From assembly GCF_046119375.1 (NCBI RefSeq), contig NW_027362765.1:174654001-174718000 (forward strand): 64,000 nucleotides of DNA, given 5' to 3'. The DNA is from Phyllobates terribilis (taxonomy: Eukaryota). Position numbers and translations under genes: made by a program. Positions 23,515 through 35,245 of this stretch are shown here, in pieces (within the stretch, counting starts at the first letter, position 1; every line of letters starts with the position of its first letter). The notes under the pieces were generated by a model. That model had not been told where the DNA came from, searched no databases, and saw only the letters and a list, made by a program, of their open reading frames with translations.

Positions 23515-24354
23515 ATGGATCCAGTAGCCGGTCTAGCTCGGCAGTTGCAGAGTTTGTCCATGGAGCTGGCGGACGTTAGGTCCAAGGTTTTGTATCCTCA
23601 GGAGCAAGCCGGACCAGAACCTAAAGTAGCTCTCCCTGACAGGTTCACTGGGGGGCGGGACAAGTTTTTTGTTTTCCGGGAGGCATGCAAGTTGTACTTT
23701 CGGCTGCGGCCTCGGTCATCGGGGAGTGAAGAACAAAGGGTGGGAATTGTCATCTCGCTCCTGCAAGGGGACCCACAATCTTGGGCGTTCTCTCTTCCCC
23801 CGGGCTCCCTGGCTCTCCAGTCAGTGGATAGGTTTTTCGCTGCTCTGGGACTCGTATATGATGACCCAGATCGGATCTCCCTTGCTGAGTCTAAGTTACG
23901 TAGGATCCAGCAGGAAGATCGTCCGGCGGAGGAATTCTGTTCGGAGTTCCGTAGGTGGGCCACGGCAACCCAGTGGAATGACCCGGCTCTTAGGAGCCAG
24001 TTTTGTCAAGGTTTATCCGACAAATTACAGGATGTGTTGGCACAGTATGACTCTCCTGCGTCACTGGAAGCCGCTATGGCCCTTGCTATTCGCGTTGACA
24101 GATGGCTTCGGGAGAGGTGCGGGATAACTCTACCCCCTGTGATGACTCCACCTCCTACAAGGTCCCCTCATATGGTGGTTCCCCTGGTCAGTCCAGAGGA
24201 GCCTATGCAATTAGGAGGGACATCATTTCGGGGGAGGGGACCGGTGGTGCGCCATAAGACAGGAAGGTGTTTCTTCTGCGGGAGAAAGGGACATTTTATT
24301 GGGGGGTGTCCATCCCGTCCCTTGCAGAGTGAAGAGTCGTCGGAAAACTGTTGA
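23515..24354 (+). CDS. Gypsy Gag (capsid plus CCHC zinc knuckle), 279 aa
   Basis: LPDRFTGG..F...C.LYF, QG.PQSWA, C-terminal CFFCGRKGHFIGGC. Confidence 0.93.
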   Translation: MDPVAGLARQLQSLSMELADVRSKVLYPQEQAGPEPKVALPDRFTGGRDKFFVFREACKLYFRLRPRSSGSEEQRVGIVISLLQGDPQSWAFSLPPGSLALQSVDRFFAALGLVYDDPDRISLAESKLRRIQQEDRPAEEFCSEFRRWATATQWNDPALRSQFCQGLSDKLQDVLAQYDSPASLEAAMALAIRVDRWLRERCGITLPPVMTPPPTRSPHMVVPLVSPEEPMQLGGTSFRGRGPVVRHKTGRCFFCGRKGHFIGGCPSRPLQSEESSENC

Positions 24355-24401
24355 TCCCAGGTTGTGTGGTGGACGGCAATCTGGGAGTAGGTATTTCGTC
24401 C
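24342..24401 (+). promoter_or_regulatory. Candidate programmed -1 ribosomal frameshift signal (G GAA AAC plus H-type pseudoknot)
   Basis: Heptamer 24342-24348 in the gag frame; 6-nt spacer; stem 1 TCCCAGGTTG (24355-64) / CAATCTGGGA (24377-86); loop GGACG (24371-75) pairs with CGTCC (24397-401). Confidence 0.7.
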
Positions 24402-27400
24402 CTAGGTTCGTCTCAGTTTCTCGTACCGGCGGAGGTGGTGGTGGGTACGAGAACGGAGAGGATATCTGTTCTTCTGGATAGTGGGGCCGGGGCTAATCTG
24501 GTTGATGCTCGGTTTGCCCGGGTTCAAGGTATGCGATTGAGTGAGTTGGCTAAACCCATCCCCATATTCTCGATCGATGCCAGGCCTCTCGGTCAGGGAA
24601 GTTTTTTGCAAGCTGTGCATGACGTAAAACTTCAAGTGGGGGCGATACATAAAGAACTGTTGTCTTGCTACGTGTTGGAGGGTCTTCCCACTCCTATAGT
24701 GTTGGGCCTTCCTTGGTTAACTAAGCATAACCCGGTTATTAATTGGCAAACCAGAGAGATAAGCCAATGGAGTAAATTCTGTAATAAAAACTGCATGAAC
24801 ACGGTCATCGGTGCGGTTACTCCTTGGGTCTTACCTCCATTTCTGGCGGACTTTGAGGATGTATTCTCGGAGAAAGGGTGTCAGGAACTACCTCCTCATC
24901 GCGAGTATGACTGTTCTGTAAAACTGCTCCCTGAGGCCAAGTTACCTAAAGCTAGGTTGTATAGCCTTTCTGGTCCTGAGAGGCAGGCCATGAAGGATTA
25001 TATTTCAGAAAGTCTGGCTAAGGGGCATATTAGACCTTCATCTTCACCGGTGGCTGCGGGGTTCTTCTTTGTTAAGAAGAAAGATGGAGGCCTACGCCCT
25101 TGCCTGGATTTCCGTGAACTTAATCGGATTACGGTCCGAGATCCGTATCCGCTCCCACTTATTCCTGATCTCTTTAATCAGATCGTGGGCGCCAAATGGT
25201 TCTCTAAGTTGGATCTCAGGGGGGCGTACAATCTGATTAGGATGAAGGAGGGGGATGAGTGGAAGACGGCGTTTAACACTCCGGAGGGGCATTATGAGAA
25301 CCTTGTCATGCCATTCGGTCTGACTAATGCCCCGGCGGTGTTCCAACACTTTGTTAATGACATTTTTCGCCGTCTGGTGGGACAGTTTGTTGTCATATAT
25401 CTGGATGATATCTTAATTTACTCGCCGGATCTGGTGTCTCATCAGGAGCACGTTAGGCAGGTGTTACAGATCTTGCGGGATAATAAACTGTATGCCAAAT
25501 GGGAAAAGTGTGTGTTCGCCGTACAGGAACTCCAGTTTTTAGGCTTCCTGGTTTCAGCGTCCGGTTTTCGTATGGACCCTGGGAAAGTGCGGGCAGTTCT
25601 TGAGTGGGATCGGCCAGAGAATCTTAAGGCACTACAACGTTTCCTGGGGTTTGCTAATTATTACCGGAAGTTCATTCGTAATTTCTCGTCCATGGTTAAG
25701 CCTCTCACAGACATGACTAAAAAGGGGACGGATTTTTCTAGGTGGCATGACAAGGCTTGTCAAGCATTCTCCTCCTTGAAAAAATGTTTTGCCTCGGCAC
25801 CCATACTCATTCAACCTGATGCGTCACAGCCATTCATTGTAGAGGTAGACGCTTCCGAGGTAGGGGTGGGAGCAGTATTGTCACAAGGTTCGTCCCCTGG
25901 TAAGTGGCATCCGTGCGCCTTTTTCTCTAAAAAATTGTCGTCCGCTGAGAGGAATTACGATGTCGGCAATAGGGAACTCTTGGCCATTAAGTTAGCTTTT
26001 GAGGAGTGGCGCCATTTTTTGGAGGGGGCAGTCCATCCGGTCACCGTCATCACCGATCACAAGAACCTGCTATATCTGGAGTCCGCGAAACGTCTGAATC
26101 CCAGACAAGCTAGGTGGTCATTGTTTTTTACCAGGTTTAATTTTGTCGTTACATATCGTCCTGGGTCAAAAAATGTAAAGGCGGATGCCTTATCTCGTAG
26201 TTTCCCTGGGGCCGGGAATACGGACGACCCGATTCCTATCCTTCAGGAGGGGGTGGTGGTTTCGGCAGTATGCTCTGAGCTGGAGGAGGAGGTATTGGAG
26301 GCTCAGGGGGACGCCCCTGTTGGACCTCCGGGGAGACTGTTTGTTCCAGATCAGTTGCGACAAAAGGTGATCGAGGCACACCATAACTCAGTTTTTGCAG
26401 GACACCCAGGGAGTAGAGCAACTGTGGATCTCCTCTCGCGTCAGTTTTGGTGGCCTAACTTACATAAGGAGGTGGTAACTTTTGTCGCGTCCTGTGGGGT
26501 TTGTGCGCGCTCTAAGACCTCACATACCCGTCCGTCTGGGGCCCTCTTACCTTTGAAGATCCCGGAGCGTCCTTGGACTCATCTGTCTATGGACTTTATT
26601 ACGGACCTCCCTCCGTCTTCGGGTAAAACGGTCATACTCGTTGTAGTGGACAGGTTCAGCAAGATGGCACATTTTATCGCTCTTCCGGCTCTCCCTAATG
26701 CTAAAACTCTTGCGCAGGTGTTCATTGGGGAGATTGTGAGGCTTCACGGGGTACCCTCCGAGGTGGTGTCTGATCGGGGGTCTCAGTTTGTGTCCAAGTT
26801 CTGGAAGGCGTTTTGTGCACGGCGGGGGATGCATTTGTCGTTCTCATCGGCTTTTCATCCTCAGACCAATGGTCAGACGGAACGTATGAACCAGAGCTTG
26901 GAGACATATCTCCGGTGTTTTGTGTCAGAGAACCAGGAGGACTGGGCTTCTTTCTTACCTCTGGCAGAGTTTGCTCTTAATAATAGGCGGAGCGAGTCCA
27001 CTGGTAAGTCCCCGTTTTTTGGGGCATATGGTTTTCACCCCCAGTTTTGTACTTTCAGTAGGGGGGGCTCTTCGGGGGTTCCTGAGGAGGAACGATTTTC
27101 CTCATCACTCGCTTCAGTATGGAGAGGGGTGCTGAAGAATCTGAATACTATGGGGAACCGATACAAACGTATGGCTGATAGGAGGAGAGTGTCTGGTCCG
27201 GACCTTAGTGTGAACGATCGGGTATGGTTGTCTACCAGGAATATAAAACTTAAGGTTCCCTCCTGGAAACTGGGTCCCAGGTTCATCGGGCCGTACAGAA
27301 TCAGTTCTATTATTAATCCAGTGGCATTCCGTCTTGACCTCCCCCCTACGTTTAAAATTCACAACGTGTTCCACAGATCGTTGCTTAAGAGGTATGTGGC

Positions 27401-27686
27401 GCCGGTGGTACCGTCACCTTTACCTCCCCCTCCAGTGGTGGTCAAGGGTAACTTGGAGTTCCAGGTATCGAGGGTCATCGATTCACGCTTTAATCGCCGG
27501 TCCCTTCAGTACCTGGTTCATTGGAAAGGGTATGGTCCTGAGGAGAGGATGTGGGTTCCTGCGTCGGATATTAACGCAGACCGATTAGTTCGGGCCTTCC
27601 ACACGACTCACCCGGATAAACCTGGCCCTGAGGGTCCGGAGGCCCCTCGTAGAAGGGGGGGTACTGTCACGGGTGTGTCGCCATGA
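24351..27686 (+). CDS. Gypsy Pol (protease, RT, RNase H, integrase, chromodomain), expressed by -1 frameshift
   Basis: LLDSGA (protease), YLDD (RT), DAS...ELLAI...TDHKNL (RNase H), HH-CC plus D,D,E integrase, GPY/F module, chromodomain FQVSRVID...YLVHWKGYGPEERMW; uninterrupted 1111 codons in the -1 frame relative to gag. Confidence 0.96.
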   Translation: MIPGCVVDGNLGVGISSLGSSQFLVPAEVVVGTRTERISVLLDSGAGANLVDARFARVQGMRLSELAKPIPIFSIDARPLGQGSFLQAVHDVKLQVGAIHKELLSCYVLEGLPTPIVLGLPWLTKHNPVINWQTREISQWSKFCNKNCMNTVIGAVTPWVLPPFLADFEDVFSEKGCQELPPHREYDCSVKLLPEAKLPKARLYSLSGPERQAMKDYISESLAKGHIRPSSSPVAAGFFFVKKKDGGLRPCLDFRELNRITVRDPYPLPLIPDLFNQIVGAKWFSKLDLRGAYNLIRMKEGDEWKTAFNTPEGHYENLVMPFGLTNAPAVFQHFVNDIFRRLVGQFVVIYLDDILIYSPDLVSHQEHVRQVLQILRDNKLYAKWEKCVFAVQELQFLGFLVSASGFRMDPGKVRAVLEWDRPENLKALQRFLGFANYYRKFIRNFSSMVKPLTDMTKKGTDFSRWHDKACQAFSSLKKCFASAPILIQPDASQPFIVEVDASEVGVGAVLSQGSSPGKWHPCAFFSKKLSSAERNYDVGNRELLAIKLAFEEWRHFLEGAVHPVTVITDHKNLLYLESAKRLNPRQARWSLFFTRFNFVVTYRPGSKNVKADALSRSFPGAGNTDDPIPILQEGVVVSAVCSELEEEVLEAQGDAPVGPPGRLFVPDQLRQKVIEAHHNSVFAGHPGSRATVDLLSRQFWWPNLHKEVVTFVASCGVCARSKTSHTRPSGALLPLKIPERPWTHLSMDFITDLPPSSGKTVILVVVDRFSKMAHFIALPALPNAKTLAQVFIGEIVRLHGVPSEVVSDRGSQFVSKFWKAFCARRGMHLSFSSAFHPQTNGQTERMNQSLETYLRCFVSENQEDWASFLPLAEFALNNRRSESTGKSPFFGAYGFHPQFCTFSRGGSSGVPEEERFSSSLASVWRGVLKNLNTMGNRYKRMADRRRVSGPDLSVNDRVWLSTRNIKLKVPSWKLGPRFIGPYRISSIINPVAFRLDLPPTFKIHNVFHRSLLKRYVAPVVPSPLPPPPVVVKGNLEFQVSRVIDSRFNRRSLQYLVHWKGYGPEERMWVPASDINADRLVRAFHTTHPDKPGPEGPEAPRRRGGTVTGVSP

Positions 27687-28290
27687 AGATCGTCACGATT
27701 ACACAGCCTGACTTCTCGCAGCTGACTTTTTGGTGCTTTGTGTTTTTCGGCAGTGAGGGAGTTAATTCTCTCTCTCTATGTGCTAGACGAGGTCCAGCCT
27801 CGCCCAGCTGCAATCAATGCTGCTGTAGTGAGACTCCTTCAAATGCCTGCTGGTCTGTTAGGGAAGTGTCGGTGAAAGCATTTCATGCAGACTAACAGAG
27901 CGGATCGTAGTATTTGGAGTTTCAGAGATAAGTGTATTTGGAGTGTTTTTTCCGTTCCTCGCTTTATCATTTATCTCCTTTCCCGTTGGTGTTCCCTCTG
28001 TTGTAGTTGTGTAGTTTTTGTATGCAAGGTGGTTTTGGTTTTTCCCTTGTACTGTCTCGTTCGTCTAAGTACTGTGTGTGGGCATATTATTACTTGTCCC
28101 CTTTTGTTGTGATCGGGGTCCTTCTCAGGACTAGATTACTTAGGTGCAGGGATCCTCAGGAGGTAGGGGTTACGCTGGCGGCCTGGACCTCTGTACCTTT
28201 AACAGTACCTCCAGGTTGAGGGATTAGTCAGGGCCCCAGCTTAGGGTCAGCTTAGGCCCCCTACCTCCAGTATACAGAGACAGCGTGACA
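27665..28290 (+). repeat. 3' LTR (626 bp)
   Basis: See 5' LTR. Confidence 0.96.
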
Positions 28291-29383
28291 CACAGGCGGG
28301 TGAATTGCCTGGAGAACAGGTGGCAGGATTTCCCCGTAGTCAGGCTGGAGCTGCCGCTGTTACAGGAAGGCACATGATCGCTTTAGAGCTTGTATGTCTG
28401 TCTGCTTATATCCATAACCTAGAGCTTCATCCAAGAAAACAAATCTACGTTTGTTTCTTTTTATATATATTTTTTTTTAATATCACAAATCAATAGTACA
28501 AGTGAAGATAAGAAACTTTGTAATATATCTTATCAGAGAAATCTGCCTTTTCTCTTCATGCTCCAATTCACTCTCAATACAGATTTTCAGTTGACAATTG
28601 CTGTTCATAAGTCTATGGGGTAGAGCTAGAGCGACAGACATGCAGCTGCGCGTCCAGGACTATGGGGGTCAGTAAGCTAAAACCTGGCTACCACAGTGTT
28701 TCCCCAAAAATAAACCCTAGTATGATTTTACAGGATTGCTGGAGTATGCTTGAAATATAAGCCCTAATTACAGTCAGGGCTGGCATGAAAGGGGGGGGGG
28801 GTGTCAAACTGGGCAATCGCCCTGGACCCCCACTCTCTTAGGGGTCCTCAGCGTTTCTATTCCAAGGTTGAGACTGCTTAAAGACCTTTGGTGTCTTCCC
28901 AGTCATGTGACCATGATGTCACCAAAGGTCTCTTAACTGCAGGAATTTATTCCATTTACTACCATGGATGTATAGGTACAACCATGTTTGTCTCCTTGCA
29001 TATGATGCAGGCTCTAAGGATGAGCCTGCATCTTTCCCTGCACATGAAAGCTGATCTGATCAACTGTCATGTGCATCTAACAGCTCGGGGTGGATTCGCA
29101 ATCCACCCTTGGCTGTTAACATGTTAAATGCTGCTGTCAATTTCTGACCTCATGTAACTCGTGCGAACCAGAAGGGCGTGAAGACACCCGCTGATCACGG
29201 GGCGCTGATGGTTTGTCATGACAGCTGGGGGTCTGCGGAAGACCCCCGTGCAAGTCATTGTAAACCTATGAATGCTGGCCTGTGGACAGCGTTCATAGGA
29301 GATCCTGATTTCTGCTACACATAGCATAGGTGATCAAATGATTGTAGCTTCAAGTCTCCTTAGGAGACTATTGACGCAAGTAA

Positions 29384-29442
<59 letters not shown>

Positions 29443-30934
29443 AAGTTCAAATCACCCTCCTCTTTGCCCCATTCAATATAAAAACAATAAAACCATTTGG
29501 TATCGCCGCGTTCAGAAACTCGCTCAAAATATAAAGTTAATTAATTTGATCAGTAAACGGCATAACAAAAAGGTAATCAAAACGCCAGATTTTTTTTTGT
29601 CACGGCAACACTAATAAAATGCAAAAACAGGCGCTTAACACATCGCATCTACCCCAAAATGGTATCAAAAACGTCAGCTCGACGCGCCAAAAATAAGCCC
29701 TCACCCCAACCCAGATTCTGATAAATCGAGATGCTACAGGTCTCAGAAAAGGGCGACAAACTTACTCTGTCGCCTCATTGGGGGACACAGGACCATGGGT
29801 GTTATGCTGCTGTCCACTAGGAGGCGACACTATGCTTAATCTGAAAAAGATTAACTGTGGCTCCTCCTCTGCAGTATACAGCCCTGGACGGCGTCAGCCT
29901 TCTCCAGTTTTTGCTTAGTGTCGCATAGGAGGCACACCTAAAGATTTTTTTCCGACGGAATTACAGATGAAGATAAGTGGGTCTCCTGCGAGACTCCCGG
30001 CATGGCTCCTTCCTCTGCCCCCTTTTATGGGGTGCACAGTTTAAGTCGAGACGTCTCCTTACCATGTCGCTCCTTCCCCAGGCCCTCGGGTGCTGGTCTG
30101 AAGTCGAGACCCCCCTCCTTCCCCAATTCCTTTTGGTCTCTGTGTTGAGGTCGAGGCGAGGATAACAGCCCCCTGATGGTGACAGCAGCACCCTCCCTAA
30201 TCCCCCTCTGGGGGGTATTAGGTTGAGACACCTCAGGTAGGGCCTGTGCAGGTGTCCGCAGCTCCCAGTAGCTGACACTCTGGACCGAGTCCAGGAATCC
30301 CAGCCCTGCTGCGGACTCCTGTTGGGGCCGGGAGAGAGTGCAGGCAGACATGGCATACAGAGATACAGGCCTTCCCAGCCCTGTCTCTTTGCTGGCACCA
30401 GCGCTATGGTGCCTCAGGGGGACCCTTCAAGGGCCCCCCTTTACACTAATACCCCCACCGCCATCACTGCAGTTAAAAGCGGGGGGAGTCTGGTTTAGAT
30501 CCAGCTCCCCCCCGGACTTCCGTGCCGGCCTGGAGCCCTTTTGGGCATCGGCTATAAATTTACACCACAGCTCTGGCCTAGCCGAAGCCGCCGCCCACTC
30601 TCCGCCCCCCGGATGATGAATATGACACTACAGTGTCATAGAAGGGGCGGAGACTAACAAAGGGCGTGTTTTTCAGCAATACTGCCGCCCTTTTCAGCTC
30701 TCCGCCCACCTTCTTCTTCACACTCCGGCGGCCATTATCTGCTACAGGAACATTAACCCTGCAGCTACAGGTCGGCAACCAGTCTCCGGGGGGCACAGGA
30801 TTGTGTATCTGCGGCACTGGACTTAAGAGGCACACTGGTGGGGTAAGATCACAGCTGGAGTCTCTCACTCGGCTGTGAATCCTATAAGCTTCTCTGCATT
30901 GCTGGCCCCCTCTGCATAGCCACCCCTGTATACT

Positions 30935-32185
30935 ATGCCGGGCTCGAGGTCCAAGAGAACCAGGCAGGACTGCTATTATGCACTCTGTACAGCCTGCAGT
31001 AATACTCTCCCCAGTGGCAGCACGTATCCACATTGCCAGGACTGCATGCAGACTGCTGTGCCAGAGCCCCATGAAGCCCTTGCCAATACTTTGGTGCCTA
31101 ATACCACACCGGAATGGGTCACTCAGATGTCGCAATCTATGACGCAGTCTATAGATAACCTCACATCCACATTGCTTCAGGCTCTGCAGAGTCATGCCTC
31201 GGCTATGAACACTACTCAGCAAAGGGAGAGTTCCACTCGGGGACATGATGGCATGGGCACATCCACGTCTAGGTCAGGACACAAGCGGACCCACAGGTCA
31301 CATTCATCTGCGTCATCCCATACCACACGGTCGTCCCCTTCCAGTGAGAGACACCGTACTCCCAGCTCATCTAGACCGTCCCCTGACAGGGACAGACAAT
31401 GTAGATCCCCACAGCCATCCCTGACCAGAGAAGGCCTCCGCTCCGGGTCACCCAGCAGGAGACGCCTTAGTGATACACAGGAGTCGGAAGACATCTGTGA
31501 TTCCGACTCAGACAAGGAAACCGAAGGGTCCCTAATCCCTATCCCCTCTGGCAATACAGTGCTAGTTGATGATCTAATCTCATCCATCCATCGGGTGCTG
31601 GACATCTCCGACCCACCCCTGGAGACACCAGGACATAAGATTTTCTTTGAAGGAGTCCTGAAACCGCCTAAGGTCTTCTTTGACCACCCAGAGTTTAAAG
31701 CGATCCTTTCAGCACAGACACTCCTGTCACTGCCAGATAGCTCAACCCTCAGGGACACAGCAGACCGGGAGGTGGAACGGATGGCTCGTTCAATTTTCGA
31801 GGCCGCAGGGGCCTCCCTGGCTCCCGCCTCAGTTTGGGCTGCCAAGGCCATCTTGGCCTGGGCCCAAAATTTACAAACTGGCCTACAAGCATCTACCCCT
31901 GAACTGTCGGACCAAGTGGCCCAAATAGCAGTTGTAGCAGATTACATGCTCCATGCAGCTCTGGATTCTGCAAGGGGTGCAGCGGGGATAGCATCAAACG
32001 CCATCACGATTCGGCGTATCCTCTGGCTGCGGGAATGGAAAGCAGATGCAGCCTCAAAGAAGTCCCTGACATACCTCCCATACCTCAGTGGTTGGCTTTT
32101 CGGTGAACAGTTGGACACAATGATATCCAACGCCACCGGGGGTAAGAGTACCTCTCTCCCCCAACTGAAGCCCAAACACACTTAG
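30935..32185 (+). CDS. DIRS ORF1 (gag-like, N-terminal C4 zinc finger, Ser/Arg-rich linker), probably internally deleted
   Basis: CTAC...PHCQDC; C-terminal R.LWLREW.AD..SKK.L..LP..G..LFG..LD typical of DIRS gag. Confidence 0.75.
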   Translation: MPGSRSKRTRQDCYYALCTACSNTLPSGSTYPHCQDCMQTAVPEPHEALANTLVPNTTPEWVTQMSQSMTQSIDNLTSTLLQALQSHASAMNTTQQRESSTRGHDGMGTSTSRSGHKRTHRSHSSASSHTTRSSPSSERHRTPSSSRPSPDRDRQCRSPQPSLTREGLRSGSPSRRRLSDTQESEDICDSDSDKETEGSLIPIPSGNTVLVDDLISSIHRVLDISDPPLETPGHKIFFEGVLKPPKVFFDHPEFKAILSAQTLLSLPDSSTLRDTADREVERMARSIFEAAGASLAPASVWAAKAILAWAQNLQTGLQASTPELSDQVAQIAVVADYMLHAALDSARGAAGIASNAITIRRILWLREWKADAASKKSLTYLPYLSGWLFGEQLDTMISNATGGKSTSLPQLKPKHT

Positions 32186-32426
32186 AAAAAGCGCAATCAA
32201 GCACGATTCCGATCCTTTCGGAACTCTTCTGGCTGGTCCGTCTCGCGACCAGCACAAAATAACAACCGCGCTCCACGCAGGGACAACTCGCGGTCGACGC
32301 AAAAGTCAGACAAGACCTGGCAATCAAGGGCAGGCCCATCAAAATTTAAAGGAGGAAAATCTCGCATTTCCTCCTCATCATGACTCACGGACTCCGGAAG
32401 ACACCCCACCTGTAGGCGGCCATCTT

Positions 32427-34285
32427 TTGCTCTTTCACCAAGTCTGGCTGCCTATTATAGAAGACAGGTGGGTCAGGGAACTAGTGTCTTCAGGATACAA
32501 GATAGAATCTGTTTGGCGGGTTGGAAGTGAACTCTTTCTGTCTGTTCCCCCAAAACCGCCAGCCAAAGCTCTTGCCTTCCACCACGCGGTCTCCTCGCTT
32601 CTTCAAGCAGGAGTCATAGTACCGGTCCCCACGGCCGAGCGCTTCCAAGGGTTCTCCTGGCATTTATTCGTAGTCCCCCAAAAAAGGAGGCAGCGTATGG
32701 CCCATACTTTACCTAAAACAACTCAACAAATATGTACGGGTACGTCATTTTCGCATGGAGTCCCTTCGGTCCATCATTGCGTCCATGGAGAAAGAATTTC
32801 TCGCCTCCATAGACATTCAAGACGCATACCTGCATATACCAATTGCGCCCGCCCATCAGAGATTACTCAGGTTGACAATCGACCAGGAACACTACCAGTT
32901 CGTGGCTCTCCCGTTCGGACTCGCCACGGCTCCCAGAGTGTTTACCAAAGTCATGGCAGTCACCATGGACGTCCTGCACTCCAGAGGCATAATAGTCGTT
33001 CCATATCTGGACGATCTCCTCATCAAGGCTCCCACCTTCAAGGACTGCGAAGTCAGCGTCTCAATCACAATCGACATTCTGAGTCGCCTGGGCTGGTTAG
33101 TCAACCTACAAAAGTCATCACCAACCCCGAGTCAGTCTCTGACCTTCCTGGGAATGTTATTCAAACACCCTCAAGGGTCTAGTACTCCTTCCCAAGGACA
33201 AGGCACTGCCTCTCCGTTTAGGAGTCCGCACCCTACTTCGCAAACCCCCTCGTTCTCTCCGGTTTGCCATGAGAGTCCTTGGCAGGATGGTGGCGGCAAT
33301 AGAAGCGGTCCCATTTGCCCAGCTTCACCTCAGGCCTCTCCAACTAGCCATCCTCAAGTCATGGGACAGGAACCATTTTTCTCTCAACAGGGAGTTTCAG
33401 TTGACGTCGTCAACCAGGAGGTCCCTGCACTGGTGGCTCAAGCCAGCCTCACTAACAAAGGGGAAATCCTTTCTCATGGGTCAATGGAAAGTTCTGACCA
33501 CCGACGCGAGCCTGACGGGTTGGGGTGCGGTACACCTACACCACAGAGCACAGGGCAAGTGGTCCCCAGCAGAAGCGACCATGCCCATCAACATCTTGGA
33601 AATTCGTGCCATTCTCCTGGCGTTGAGAGCCTTCCATCACTTACTGGCAGCTTCTCACATCAGAGTAGAGTCCGACAATGCCACGGCTGTGGCATATGTA
33701 AATCACCAAGGGGGGACCCGCAGTGCCCAGGCGATGCGAGAAGTGACACACATTCTCCACTGGGCGGAAGACACAGGTTTGGTTCTCTCTGTGGTCCACA
33801 TTCCAGGTGTGGACAACTGGGAAGCAGACTTCCTCAGCTGGCAAGGAATGGACTCGGGAGAGTAGTCTCTCCATCCTGAAGTTTTTCGCCAGATCTGCCA
33901 TCGCTGGGGGACTCTGGACGTGGACCTAATGGCATCCTACTTCAATGCCAAAGTCTCCAACTTCATGGCCAGAACACACGACCCGCGGTCGCTGGGAGCT
34001 GACGCCCTGGTTCAGGACTGGACCCAGTTCCAGCTCCTGTACATTTTTCCACCTCTCCCCCTGATATCCAGAGTGGTGAGGAAGATCAAGCAAGAGGGAG
34101 TTCCAACCATCCTAATCGCACCAGACTGGCCCAGACGTATGTGGTATGCTGGCATCGTGCAGCTCTCAGCAGACGTCCCTTGGTGTCTCCCCGACCGCCC
34201 GGATCTTCTGTCACAAGGCCCGTTCTACCACCAGAACTCAGGGGCCCTCAATTTGACGGTATGGCCATTGAGACCTGTGTTTTAA
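32427..34285 (+). pseudogene. DIRS RT / RNase H / N6-adenine methyltransferase-like ORF, frameshifted and with a stop
   Basis: IDIQDAYLHIPI, LPFGLATAPRVFTK, PYLDDLL, TDASLTGWG, SDNATAVAYVNHQGG, then DLMAS...YIFPPLPLI...LIAPDWPRR; pieces lie in different frames. Confidence 0.88.
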
Positions 34286-34287
34286 CC

Positions 34288-35241
34288 CAGTCAGGGTTCT
34301 CGCCTGACGTCATTGAAATCATGATCAGAGCACGAAAGCCAACCTCTGCAAAGATTTATTACCGTACCTGGAAAGCCTTCTTTACCTGGTGCGAATCTCG
34401 TGGCCAGACCCCATTCCCTTATTCCCTCCCCAGGGTACTTGGTTTTCTCCAATCGGGTCTGGAGGCCAGACTGTCCCTGGCCTCCCTTAAGAGCCAGGTG
34501 TCAGCTCTCTCAGTGCTTTTTCAGAGGCGCATTGCTAACAAGCCGCAAGTAAGGACTTTTCTTCAGGGGGTTTCCCGATTGGTTCCCCCCTACAGATGAC
34601 CACTAGAAACGTGGGATCTCAACCTGGTGCTGACAGCATTGCAGGAAACACCTTTTGAACCCCTTAGGGAAGTCTCACTCCGCCTTCTATCCCAGAAAGT
34701 GGCTTTCCTAGTGGCAATCACCTCGCTACGCAGGGTGTCTAAACTCACCGCACTCTCCTGCAGACAACCCTTCCTGGCTTTTTACCAGGACAAGGTAGTT
34801 CTCCGTTCGGGCCCATCCTTCCTTCCAAAGGTTGTGTCCAACTTCCACCTCAATGAGGAAATTTCACTGCCATCCCTCTGTCCGGTCCTGGTTCATAGAG
34901 TGGAGAAGGCTCTGCATACGCTTGACCTTGTCAGGGCATTACGCATCTATGTGTCTAGGACTGCGACCTTCCGGAAGTCTGATTCTCTTTTCCTTCTTCT
35001 GGAAGGCGGCCGCAAGGGTCTACCAGCTACCCTTGCCAGGTGGTTCAAATCCACCATACAAGAGGCCTACCGCCTCAAAAATTCTCCTCTTCCAGCAGGT
35101 ATTACGGCACACTCTACACGTGCGGTAGGGGCTTCCTGGGCCATTCGGCACCAGGCCGCGGTGCAACAAGTGTGTAAGGCAGCCACCTGGACTAGCCTAC
35201 ACACGTTTACCAAACACTACAGGGTGCATTATCATGCATGA
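34288..35241 (+). pseudogene. DIRS tyrosine recombinase with an in-frame nonsense codon (34597-34599) and a truncated C-terminus
   Basis: ARKPTSAKIYYRTWK, WDLNLVL, AITSLRRVS, HSTR, W...FTKHY catalytic motifs. Confidence 0.88.
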
Positions 35242-35245
35242 AATG

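Larger units (their letters stand above)
22855..28290 (+). mobile_element. Full-length Ty3/Gypsy chromovirus (Tf1/sushi-type) LTR retrotransposon
   Basis: 626-bp LTRs TGTCAC...GTGACA; 5-bp TSD CACAG (22850-22854, 28291-28295); PPT AGAAGGGGGGG before the 3' LTR; intact gag and pol. Confidence 0.97.

Noticed and set aside
27440-27610. Retroelement chromodomain near the chromodomain gene CBX1 (possible capture)
   Set aside because: The integrase chromodomain is a standard chromovirus feature and is not similar to CBX1 beyond the family motif; proximity is most likely coincidental.
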